Shown: positions 9,212 through 17,712, counted from the first letter of the stretch. The stretch: DNA of 64,000 nt from Rickettsiales bacterium (GCA_025464625.1 JAOAUZ010000001.1:398848-462847), one strand, 5' to 3'. Translations and numbers: made by a program. Notes: a model not told the origin generated them from the sequence alone.

Positions 9212-9505
9212 TTAGCGAGTTTTTTTATGTTCTGGGTGGCTTGTTACTTCCACTCTTCCCTGACCAATTCCACTAGGTTTTTTTGATAATTTATCTTGAT
9301 ATATGTCTCTAATTTCCTTAGATCTTGCATTAGGAGAGACTACCATTCCGATTTCATTATGGACAAAAGTTACGCTTTTACCGCTTTCCTGAGCAAGTCT
9401 TATAGCGCGATCGATGGTATCATCAATTCTTTCAGCCTTTTGCGATACTGGAAATGGTATAGTATTTTCTCTTCCAGTTGGCTTCACATTATCTAACTCT
9501 TTCAT
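9212..9505 (-). CDS. Hypothetical small protein, paralog 1 (97 aa)
   Basis: Blocks TIPFPVS, VTFVHNE, DIYQDKLSKK and SGIGQGRVEVTSHP. Leader is TAAATAGAAAGG-N7-ATG. Confidence 0.6.
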   Translation of the reverse strand: MKELDNVKPTGRENTIPFPVSQKAERIDDTIDRAIRLAQESGKSVTFVHNEIGMVVSPNARSKEIRDIYQDKLSKKPSGIGQGRVEVTSHPEHKKTR

Positions 9506-9653
9506 AGATTAACCTTTCTATTTAGCTTTATACTGTGTGTATGCTGCCATTATCCATACATTAGTTAAAGTTAAAGTTTTGTGACGGCTATTAATTATAT
9601 TGGTTAATGTAAAAAATGCTGTGCTTAGTCATTGATTTTTGGTAATAAAAATC

Positions 9654-11714
9654 ATGACAAGTAAACTTCACAATTTACGCTCTGTTTTTCAAAATGAGCA
9701 TGATCGCCTCGTTTTGTGGCTGCCTGTGCTGCTGGGGGTAGGGATTGGGCTGTATTTCTCACTGTTAAATGAACCTGATATTAGGATTGTTGCTGGTGGA
9801 TGTGGTGTAATTTTCATACTTACGGCAATATTTTGGCGCAAATACGCTCTGCGCCTGTTTTTTATGGCTGTTTTATTCATAAATTTTGGGATGTTGCGGG
9901 CGGAAATAAGCACCATATTTGCCAAATCCCCGATTTTGCAGGAAGAAATATTTTACCGCCTTACCGAAGGGAATATCGCTGATATTCAGATTAAGGAAAA
10001 AGGCGAAAAGCTGATTCTCACTAATGTGCAGATTGATGGTTTGGATATGGAGGAAACGCCAAAACGCATCAGCGTTTCTTTGAAGCAACAGGCGGAAGGA
10101 TTAAGTGTTGGTGATAAGGTGCAGCTTAATGCCACACTTTTTCCGCCACCAACGCCTGTTATGCCACAGGCTTATGATTTTGCGCGGATGTTTTATTATG
10201 AACAGCTAGGAGCAGTTGGCTATACGCCGAAACAGCCAGTGATTTTAGAAAAAGCAGAAACAAGTAATTTTGAGCAGTGGCTAAATGCTCTGCGCTTATC
10301 ACTAACGCAGCGTATTATTTTTCCCATGACTTCTGAAAATGGCTGGGTAGCCGCTGCGATGATGGTTGGTGAACAATCGGGGGTAAGTAAAGAAGTTGCA
10401 GACGTGATGCGTGAATCAGGAATCTATCACGTTCTTTCAATATCAGGTCTGCACATGTCGCTGGCGGTTATGCTGGTGTTTTTCACTGTTCGGTTTTTAC
10501 TTTCACTATATCCACCGTTTGCACTGCGAGTTCCTACAAAAAAAATCGCAGCATTGGTGGCATTGTTCAGTGCCTTTGCTTATTTGCTTTTGGCTGGGTA
10601 TCCTGTGCCTGCGGTGCGATCATTTATCATGGTTGCGGTGGTGATGCTTGCTATATTATTTGATAGGTCAGGAATAAGCATATTTTCTCTGGCATGGGCA
10701 GCAATGATAACCTTGTTGTGGCAACCAGAATCTTTGCTTGGTGCGAGCTTTCAACTTTCATTCGCAGCGACTCTTGCTATTTTGGCCTTTTATGAACGTT
10801 TTAGCCATGTTTTATATAAAAATAATATCGGATTTTGGCATAAAATATGGCTGTATTTTTTAGGAATTATGCTCACTTCGCTAGTTGCCACGTTCGCCAC
10901 TACGCCGCTAGTTATCTATCATTTTAACCGTTTCACCTTGTGGGGGGTGGCAGCTAATATGCTGTTGCTACCACTTGTTTCAATGTGGATTATGCCAGCA
11001 GCAGTAATTGCCTTTTTGCTTATGCCTTTTGGCTTGGAATATTATCCTCTTGTTGCGCTGGATTATGGTATTTCATTAATGATGCATGGTGCGCGGTTTT
11101 TTGCTGATCTTCCTTATGCTTCCCTATCATTGCCATCACCAAGTTTTGCTGGGTTGATATTGGTTATATTTGGTGGGTTATGGTTATGTATCTGGCAACA
11201 GAAATGGCGGTTATTAGGTATTCCATTAGTTATAATAGGTGTGGCGACAATAGCACTGCATAAACCTTATGATTTATTGATTAGCTCTGATGCCAGCAAA
11301 GTTGCCATGCGTCTTGAAGATGGACGTTTTGTTTTTCTGCGCGGAAAAGAAGATAGTTTTGATGGTCAGGTTTGGCTTAGGGCAAACGGGCAAGAAAAAG
11401 CCCTATCAGTTGATGAATTGGACGAAAAAATTGGTGGTTGTGATAAGCATAAATGCACGGTAACTGCTTACGAAAAAAAGATAGTTGCAACAAAAGGAAA
11501 AAAAGAGATTGAAGCCAGTTGTGATGGGAATCCTGATATTGTCATTTCTCAGAATTATCTTGCGGATATTTCTACCTGCACAAAAATTCCATTGCTTATA
11601 GATGAATCATATTTACAAAAAAATGGAGCAACAGCTTTGCGTTTTAATAATGGAGCAACACAGATTGAAAACAGCAGGCAGCATCGTGGTGACAGACCGT
11701 GGGTTAGGCAATAA
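9654..11714 (+). CDS. comEC: ComEC/Rec2 family DNA internalisation channel protein; no metallo-beta-lactamase domain visible
   Basis: N-terminal membrane/OB region followed by a polytopic competence domain (GIYHVLSISGLHMS, QLSFAATLAI). The 150-aa C-terminus has no HxHxDH motif. ATG at 9654 chosen over the TTG at 9639. Confidence 0.85.
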   Translation: MTSKLHNLRSVFQNEHDRLVLWLPVLLGVGIGLYFSLLNEPDIRIVAGGCGVIFILTAIFWRKYALRLFFMAVLFINFGMLRAEISTIFAKSPILQEEIFYRLTEGNIADIQIKEKGEKLILTNVQIDGLDMEETPKRISVSLKQQAEGLSVGDKVQLNATLFPPPTPVMPQAYDFARMFYYEQLGAVGYTPKQPVILEKAETSNFEQWLNALRLSLTQRIIFPMTSENGWVAAAMMVGEQSGVSKEVADVMRESGIYHVLSISGLHMSLAVMLVFFTVRFLLSLYPPFALRVPTKKIAALVALFSAFAYLLLAGYPVPAVRSFIMVAVVMLAILFDRSGISIFSLAWAAMITLLWQPESLLGASFQLSFAATLAILAFYERFSHVLYKNNIGFWHKIWLYFLGIMLTSLVATFATTPLVIYHFNRFTLWGVAANMLLLPLVSMWIMPAAVIAFLLMPFGLEYYPLVALDYGISLMMHGARFFADLPYASLSLPSPSFAGLILVIFGGLWLCIWQQKWRLLGIPLVIIGVATIALHKPYDLLISSDASKVAMRLEDGRFVFLRGKEDSFDGQVWLRANGQEKALSVDELDEKIGGCDKHKCTVTAYEKKIVATKGKKEIEASCDGNPDIVISQNYLADISTCTKIPLLIDESYLQKNGATALRFNNGATQIENSRQHRGDRPWVRQ

Positions 11715-11716
11715 CT

Positions 11717-12091
11717 TTAGAATGGGATGCTTGCGCTAGTAGGTGATGCGCTTACTCTGGAAGCCATACTGGATTGTGCATCTGGAGTGTGGGCGATGCT
11801 AACGAATTTTCCTAATAAATAATCTTCAATATTATCTCTTTTTGCTCTAGTCAAACCATCGGTTTTTTGTATTGCAGATAGTATGCTGTTGACTGTAATT
11901 CCGCGCTCGGCAGATTCATTGGCTATATTTCTAATTTTCGCGATTACACTTATATAATCTTCATCAGGTGTCTGTTTATCTGTTCCTCTTGGCGCTTTAT
12001 CAAGAGATTGGCTGATAAAAGCGCTCATTTTTGCTCCTGTCAGCACCTTCATTTCTGAGGATTTTTTAGGAATTGTATCTGTAAAAGCCAT
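11717..12091 (-). CDS. Hypothetical protein, 124 aa
   Basis: Only long ORF in the interval. Lies tail to tail with comEC with a 2-nt gap. No motif recognised. Confidence 0.45.
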   Translation of the reverse strand: MAFTDTIPKKSSEMKVLTGAKMSAFISQSLDKAPRGTDKQTPDEDYISVIAKIRNIANESAERGITVNSILSAIQKTDGLTRAKRDNIEDYLLGKFVSIAHTPDAQSSMASRVSASPTSASIPF

Positions 12092-12269
12092 GTAAAACCT
12101 ATTCTCTAATTTAAATTCATTTTTTCAATCATATTGATAATAGTAAAAAAATGTTAATAAGTCAAAGTTATTATAATAAAATAGATATTCCGCGCTTCCC
12201 AAAATGAATAATGTGGTTATTATGCCGCCATATAATTCAATAAAGCACACTTCTGTCTGAAGGAAATCT

Positions 12270-12878
12270 ATGAAAAACCACCCATTACTCAAGGCTCGTC
12301 AGAATCATAGCCGAATATTTGCCGTAGTTTTAGTTATAGTTTTATTGGTTAGCAGACCAATGTTTGTGGAAGGATATTTCCTGCGCGAATGTCTAGCTTG
12401 GCTTGGATATGCCTTCGTTATCTTTGGTGCGTTCGGGCGGGTTTATTGTTCGGCTTTTATTGGTGGACGCAAGAATGATGAGGTGGTGCGTGCGGGTCCA
12501 TTTTCTGTGGTGCGTAATCCGCTTTATGTATTTTCTTTTATAGCAATGGTGGGGATTGGGTTGCAATCAGGGATGCTGCTGGTTACTGCGGTTTTGATTG
12601 TTTCCTTTGTTCTTTATTACCCGATGGTGGTTGCCAAAGAAGAAGCCTATCTTGAGAATAAATTTGGTGAGCCGTACACTAAATATAAACGGGAAGTGCC
12701 ACGCTGGATACCTAACTTGGCGTTGTGGAGCGAGCCAGAACAGATAGATGCCAAGCCACAATTTATCCGCAAAACAATGCTGGATGCATCTATATTTTTT
12801 CTGCCACTACTTTGCTTCGCCATTATTAACTCACTGCAAGCTGATAAGATACTGCCAGTATGGCTGACATTGCCTTAG
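12270..12878 (+). CDS. Membrane methyltransferase of the isoprenylcysteine carboxyl / phospholipid methyltransferase (ICMT/PEMT) family
   Basis: Four to five TM helices, GPFSVVRNPLYV and EEAYLENKFGEPYTKYKREVPRW, which are the characteristic C-terminal motifs of this family. Confidence 0.7.
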   Translation: MKNHPLLKARQNHSRIFAVVLVIVLLVSRPMFVEGYFLRECLAWLGYAFVIFGAFGRVYCSAFIGGRKNDEVVRAGPFSVVRNPLYVFSFIAMVGIGLQSGMLLVTAVLIVSFVLYYPMVVAKEEAYLENKFGEPYTKYKREVPRWIPNLALWSEPEQIDAKPQFIRKTMLDASIFFLPLLCFAIINSLQADKILPVWLTLP

Positions 12879-15121
12879 ACGTTATATCATCTGAAAATCC
12901 ACTAACTTCTGCACTCAATAATGAGCAGCGTGAGGCGGTGGAGGCAACGCAGGGTGCGGTGTTGGTTCTGGCTGGTGCTGGTACTGGTAAAACGCGGGTG
13001 CTTACCACGCGCATAGCCTATATTCTCACCAACCGCCTTGCCTATGCTGGTGAAATTCTGGCGGTAACTTTTACCAATAAGGCTGCCAAAGAAATGGCAG
13101 AACGTGTGAACAATCTTACAGGTTCATCACAGTCTTTATGGCAAGGAACTTTTCATTCTATTGGTGCGCGGATTGTTCGTCGTCACGCTGAAAAATTAGG
13201 GCTTACTTCTAGCTTTACAATTCTTGATACTGACGATCAATTACGCTTACTTAAAACAATCCTCGCCGAGCAAAAAATTGATGATAAATCACTTCCGCCT
13301 AAATTATTTTTAAGCATTATCCAACAATGGAAAGATCAAGGTCTAACTCCAGAAAAAGTTACCAATGTAGCTGATTCAAACAATGCTGGTGGTCATGCAC
13401 TTAATGTTTATAAATTATATCAGGCGCGGTTGCGTAGCTTAAATGCCACCGATTTTGGTGATTTGATTTTGCACATGCTCACGCTTTTTACCAATTTTCC
13501 AGAAGTGCTACGCGAGTTTGCCAGCCGTTTCAAATATATTCTGGTTGATGAATATCAAGATACCAACGTGGCGCAATATCTGTGGCTACGCTTGCTTGCC
13601 AGCTACCATAAAAATATTTGCTGTGTGGGTGATGACGACCAATCTATCTATAGCTGGCGCGGTGCAGAAGTTGGTAATATTTTGCGTTTTGAGAAAGATT
13701 ATCCCGATGCGAAAGTCATCCGCCTTGAGTGTAATTATCGTTCTACGCCACATATTTTAGCGGCAGCAAGCGCGGTAATTGCTAATAACAAAGGTAGGCT
13801 GGGAAAGACTTTATGGACACCTGTAAAAGACGGTGAAAAGATTCGCCTTAAATCAGTTTGGGATGAAAATGAAGAGGCGCGGTTTGTCGGTGAAGAAGTA
13901 GAAACTATGCAACGTCAAAAAATTAGCCTTAAAGATATGGCGATTTTGGTGCGTGCTGGCTTTCAGACCAGAGCTTTTGAAGAACGATTTTTAACTTTAG
14001 GTGTGCCATACCGCGTGATTGGCGGGCTTCGTTTTTATGAACGTGCGGAAATTCGCGATGCTGTTGCTTATCTGCGTGTTCTTGCTGTTCCGCAGGATGA
14101 CCTTGCCTTTGAGCGTATTATAAACACACCAAAACGTGGCATTGGGCAGGCGACAATGCAGCAACTCCATACAACTGCCCGCTCGCTGAATAGCTCGCTT
14201 TATAATGCAACTATCCACCTGCTAAAAACTGGAGCAATTAAGGGAAAGCTAGGGCAGTCACTGGATAAATTTATTTCTTCATGTGAACGCTGGCGGGCGC
14301 AGCTTACGACTTTAACATTAGGTGAAGTTACCGAATTAATGCTGGAGGAAAGCGGCTACCTGCAAATGTGGAAGCAGGAAAAAACACCAGAAGCGCAGGG
14401 AAGGATAGAAAACTTAAAGGAGTTGACGCGCGCTATTGGTGAGTTTGAGAGCATAAATGCCTTTTTGGAGCATGTAAGCCTTGTGACCGAAGCTGCCAAT
14501 CCTGACAATAACACAGATATGATAAGCCTTATGACGCTGCACGCCGCTAAAGGCTTAGAGTTTGATGTAGTATTTTTAACAGGTTGGGAAGAGGGGGTAT
14601 TCCCTCATCAGCGAGCGATTGATGAATCTGGCGCGAAAGGCTTGGAGGAAGAACGTCGTCTGGCCTATGTGGGCATCACCCGCGCGCGCAAAAAACTTTA
14701 TATTTCGCATGCTGCCAACCGTAGAATCTATAATCAATGGCAAAGCAGCATCCCATCGCGATTTATCGGCGAGATTCCTAGTGAGAATATCGAGCAACTT
14801 GGCGGTGGAGCGGTTAATATGGCGCGTCAGACAGCTAAAAACTGGGATGATGAGGTGGCGGGTATTCTTGCAAGTGCCAATTCGTCATTGCGAGGAGGCA
14901 ACGCCGACGTGGCAATCCAGAAAACAGCTAACAAGGACTGGATTGCTTCGCCTTCGGCTCGCAATGACGAACAGGAAGGAAAATTCAAGAAAGGTCAGCG
15001 CATTTTCCACCAAAAATTCGGTTATGGCTATATTTTGACCATAAGTGGCAATACGCTGGAAATAAGCTTTGATAAGGCAGGAAAAAAGAAGCTGCTGGCT
15101 GATTTTGTAGAAACTATCTAA
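12860..15121 (+). CDS. uvrD: ATP-dependent DNA helicase, UvrD/PcrA/Rep superfamily 1
   Basis: Motifs AGAGTGKT (I), ILVDEYQDTN (II), NYRST (IV), TLHAAKGLEF and VGITRA (VI), plus the C-terminal Tudor-like GQRIFHQKFGYG. Confidence 0.9.
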   Translation: MADIALDVISSENPLTSALNNEQREAVEATQGAVLVLAGAGTGKTRVLTTRIAYILTNRLAYAGEILAVTFTNKAAKEMAERVNNLTGSSQSLWQGTFHSIGARIVRRHAEKLGLTSSFTILDTDDQLRLLKTILAEQKIDDKSLPPKLFLSIIQQWKDQGLTPEKVTNVADSNNAGGHALNVYKLYQARLRSLNATDFGDLILHMLTLFTNFPEVLREFASRFKYILVDEYQDTNVAQYLWLRLLASYHKNICCVGDDDQSIYSWRGAEVGNILRFEKDYPDAKVIRLECNYRSTPHILAAASAVIANNKGRLGKTLWTPVKDGEKIRLKSVWDENEEARFVGEEVETMQRQKISLKDMAILVRAGFQTRAFEERFLTLGVPYRVIGGLRFYERAEIRDAVAYLRVLAVPQDDLAFERIINTPKRGIGQATMQQLHTTARSLNSSLYNATIHLLKTGAIKGKLGQSLDKFISSCERWRAQLTTLTLGEVTELMLEESGYLQMWKQEKTPEAQGRIENLKELTRAIGEFESINAFLEHVSLVTEAANPDNNTDMISLMTLHAAKGLEFDVVFLTGWEEGVFPHQRAIDESGAKGLEEERRLAYVGITRARKKLYISHAANRRIYNQWQSSIPSRFIGEIPSENIEQLGGGAVNMARQTAKNWDDEVAGILASANSSLRGGNADVAIQKTANKDWIASPSARNDEQEGKFKKGQRIFHQKFGYGYILTISGNTLEISFDKAGKKKLLADFVETI
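14882..14970. repeat. Palindromic repeat element copy D, inserted in frame inside uvrD
   Basis: The left arm tcgtcattgcgaggaggcaacgccgacgtggcaatccag pairs with the right arm ctggattgcttcgccttcggctcgcaatgacga. It is translated as SSLRGGNADVAIQKTANKDWIASPSARNDE, in the linker before the C-terminal domain. Confidence 0.6.
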
Positions 15122-15151
15122 TTTTTGGTAATTTCTTTTTAATTATTATTA

Positions 15152-15200
15152 TGTTACAGTGATACGCAGAATTGTAACAATTGGGAGTGAAGCTGTAACA
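15152..15200. promoter_or_regulatory. Candidate operator: three heptamers TGTTACA / TGTAACA / TGTAACA phased at exactly 21 bp
   Basis: Heptamers at 15152-15158, 15173-15179 and 15194-15200. The first is the reverse complement of the other two. They lie 83-131 bp upstream of the ATG at 15283. Confidence 0.35.
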
Positions 15201-15282
15201 AAACCTTCACTTGAGAAATATTCAGTATTTATATACCTTTAAGCTAGGATAGTTGAATCTTATAGGTTTAATAGGAAACTTT

Positions 15283-16488
15283 ATGGCAGAAAATCAAAAA
15301 CCACTTACTCTTGATGAGCTTAATGAGAGGGTAAGAAGTAGTGTTGGATCTAATTTGAATAAGTGGAATGAGGATTATACACGCTCTATCATGAAAATTA
15401 AAGGGGCGCGACCAGACCTTCCCCCACAAATTTTTGATGATATGATAGAGGCGCGTAAGGCTAACCTGCCTGAACTTGTAGATAAAATTGCTACATTGAG
15501 TAGATATAGGGAAGAAACCGTCGGTGGTGTGGTGATGCAAAGTCAGCTAGATGGAAAATTTCTTGAGCGTGAAAGTGCCAATCTTTATGCCGAATTTTCA
15601 GGTAAAGTTTTTGAGGAAGTTAAAGGCAAAAATATCGCGCGTGGTGTAGATAAAGAACTAAGTGATTCTCAAGTTAAAGCTGCCTTTTTGGATGTTAATA
15701 AAGATAATGGTAGTTTGCTAAAACAAGCATTTAAAGGTGTATATGACGAAGACAAAGGCGGAGCGCAGTGGGGCGGTTTACTCGGTGGCATAGGCGGGTT
15801 ACTTCTTGGCATGAGCATTGGCGGTGGCTTTGAAGGCGGGCTGATGGGCATTATCACTGCAGTGGTTGTCGCGATGATCGGTGTTTGGGCAGGTAACAAG
15901 CTTTCTGAAACATTTTTTCCAGCTAAAGCGTCTTCTGTTGAACCTAGCGTTGAAAAAGGTTTGGAGAGAAAGAGGGAAGGTGAAGCTCAGGGACAACAGC
16001 AGGAGAAGGCGCAGGACAAAACCCCTGCGGGAATTCCCATTACAATAGACGGTAAGGAAATCAAGCCTGATGGCGATGTTAAGGTTTTTTCTGTTAATAA
16101 AGCAGGCGAATCTGTTGCTTTGGATAAAGTTGGAGAAGGTGATATGGTTGTCACCGTTGATTCAAAAGGAAAAGTTACCAACTTCGCCGTTGCTAATAAA
16201 GATGGAAAGTTAGAATATCCAAATTTAAAGGAAATTAAGTTAGAAAAAGAGGTGGTTTTCGGAAAGGACGATATTCAGTTTGGCGGTTCTAAAAAGGTTG
16301 CCACTATTTCTGAAGATGCTAAGCAGAAATTGGGTGGGTTGCGTGACGAATGGACAAAAGCCCTACTTGAAAAAGGAACATCAATGTCTCAACCGCAGCC
16401 ACAAGGAGCTAATGTTAAGATTGATCAGATTGCTGTAGCACGAAATATTCCATCTGTTCCTCAAGCTGCACAAAACACGATTGGGTAG
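15283..16488 (+). CDS. Hypothetical glycine-zipper membrane protein, paralog A (401 aa)
   Basis: AGGAAA RBS then ATG at 15283. Gly-rich hydrophobic segment GGLLGGIGGLLLGMSIGGGFEGGLMGIITAVVVAMIGVWAG. The C-terminal domain is shared with the next ORF. Confidence 0.6.
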   Translation: MAENQKPLTLDELNERVRSSVGSNLNKWNEDYTRSIMKIKGARPDLPPQIFDDMIEARKANLPELVDKIATLSRYREETVGGVVMQSQLDGKFLERESANLYAEFSGKVFEEVKGKNIARGVDKELSDSQVKAAFLDVNKDNGSLLKQAFKGVYDEDKGGAQWGGLLGGIGGLLLGMSIGGGFEGGLMGIITAVVVAMIGVWAGNKLSETFFPAKASSVEPSVEKGLERKREGEAQGQQQEKAQDKTPAGIPITIDGKEIKPDGDVKVFSVNKAGESVALDKVGEGDMVVTVDSKGKVTNFAVANKDGKLEYPNLKEIKLEKEVVFGKDDIQFGGSKKVATISEDAKQKLGGLRDEWTKALLEKGTSMSQPQPQGANVKIDQIAVARNIPSVPQAAQNTIG

Positions 16489-16508
16489 ACTAACTAGAAA
16501 GATGAACT

Positions 16509-17408
16509 ATGTCTAATCCTGAAAAACCTAGCAGTTCTACCAACGATTCTGGTGACGGAAGTTTTTTCAAGAATAATGGCGGATTGCTGATTGGCGGTGC
16601 GATGGCGATGTTCGCACTTTTTGGCATGGAAGGTTCATTCTTGCCCAGTTTGATTGCTGGTGCCGCTTTGATTATGGGTTTTTTAGCCGATAAAGACAGT
16701 GGTGTTTTCGGTGGTGTTTATAGCAAAATATTTGGAAAAGAGGAAGCCTCCCAACCATCAACTGAAATTTCTAAGTCTCAAGCTAAAACAACTGGTGTTG
16801 GGACTAATGAGCATACTGTTGCAAAACCTGCTCCAACAGTTGAGTCAACCCCTTCTATTGCGGTACCTCCTACTGCCCCAGAACCAGCCGCGCAATCACA
16901 GGGTGATGGCAGTAAAATAAAAAGTGTAAATAATCCTTCAAAGAATAGCTTCTCATTAGGAGTGGGCGAAACCCCTGTTTATTTTAATAATAATGGTGAA
17001 AAGGTATACAACATAAAAGGTATTCCTAGTGCAATGGAAATTAAGGTTGATAAAGAAGGAAAAGCGACTGGCGTTGCGGTAGCTAATGAAAAAGGTCATT
17101 TTGATAGGGATGGTAAAGGGGAAATTATACTAACTAAACCCCAAGAAGAAGTTACCTTCAACTTAACGCAGGATAACAAAGGTGTTAAGCATGTTGACTT
17201 GGCAGACAAAGAAAATAAAGAAAAGTTAGGTAAGCTCAGGGAAATAGGAATAGATGAACTCAATAAAAGAGTAATGCAGAAGCAATATGAGAAGGGGTCA
17301 TCATTGCCTACTGATGCTGGTGTTGCAACAAGCGATCTCGGTGTTATTTCGCCTTCAAGTCAGGTGGTGGCTAAAAATGTTGGAGATAAAACGAGTTATA
17401 TTGGATAG
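16509..17408 (+). CDS. Hypothetical glycine-zipper membrane protein, paralog B (299 aa)
   Basis: Segment GGLLIGGAMAMFALFGMEGSFLPSLIAGAALIMGF, a P/T/S-rich linker, then blocks VDKEGKATGVAVANEKG and KENKEKLGKLREI that match paralog A. Confidence 0.6.
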   Translation: MSNPEKPSSSTNDSGDGSFFKNNGGLLIGGAMAMFALFGMEGSFLPSLIAGAALIMGFLADKDSGVFGGVYSKIFGKEEASQPSTEISKSQAKTTGVGTNEHTVAKPAPTVESTPSIAVPPTAPEPAAQSQGDGSKIKSVNNPSKNSFSLGVGETPVYFNNNGEKVYNIKGIPSAMEIKVDKEGKATGVAVANEKGHFDRDGKGEIILTKPQEEVTFNLTQDNKGVKHVDLADKENKEKLGKLREIGIDELNKRVMQKQYEKGSSLPTDAGVATSDLGVISPSSQVVAKNVGDKTSYIG

Positions 17409-17412
17409 AGCG

Positions 17413-17712
17413 TCACTCATCCTCACCAAAGCGATTTTCTATTAAATCACGCAGTGCCGTTATCACACTTTCAGCTTGTTCGCCTTGCGCGCTGATATGA
17501 AGCTTTGATGTTTTATCTGCTCCCAGCATCATAAGCCCGAGAATAGAGGAGCCATCAACAGGTATAGAATCTTCTTCATTATTTGGGTTATTAGATTTTT
17601 TGATTACCATTACTTTTGCTGGGTAAGTAGCTACGGCTTTTACAAATTTGGCAGCAGCACGGGCGTGCAATCCTTTTTTATTGATAATCTCAACAATTAC
17701 CTCAACCACCAC
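17413..17712 (-). CDS. ptsH: HPr-family phosphocarrier protein (HPr/NPr)
   Basis: Active-site GLHARAAAKFV (His15 equivalent) and a regulatory Ser region VDGSSILGLMMLG. Confidence 0.85.
   Translation of the reverse strand: MVVEVIVEIINKKGLHARAAAKFVKAVATYPAKVMVIKKSNNPNNEEDSIPVDGSSILGLMMLGADKTSKLHISAQGEQAESVITALRDLIENRFGEDE

Noticed and set aside
9506-9653. CtrA-type TTAA-N7-TTAA boxes and sigma-70 promoters in the comEC / small-paralog divergent region. The same was examined at 4118-4238 and 38540-38675.
   Set aside because: TTAA pairs are present, but their spacings are N2, N6, N8 or N9, never N7. The candidate -35/-10 hexamers have poor spacing. AT-rich sequence gives many chance matches.
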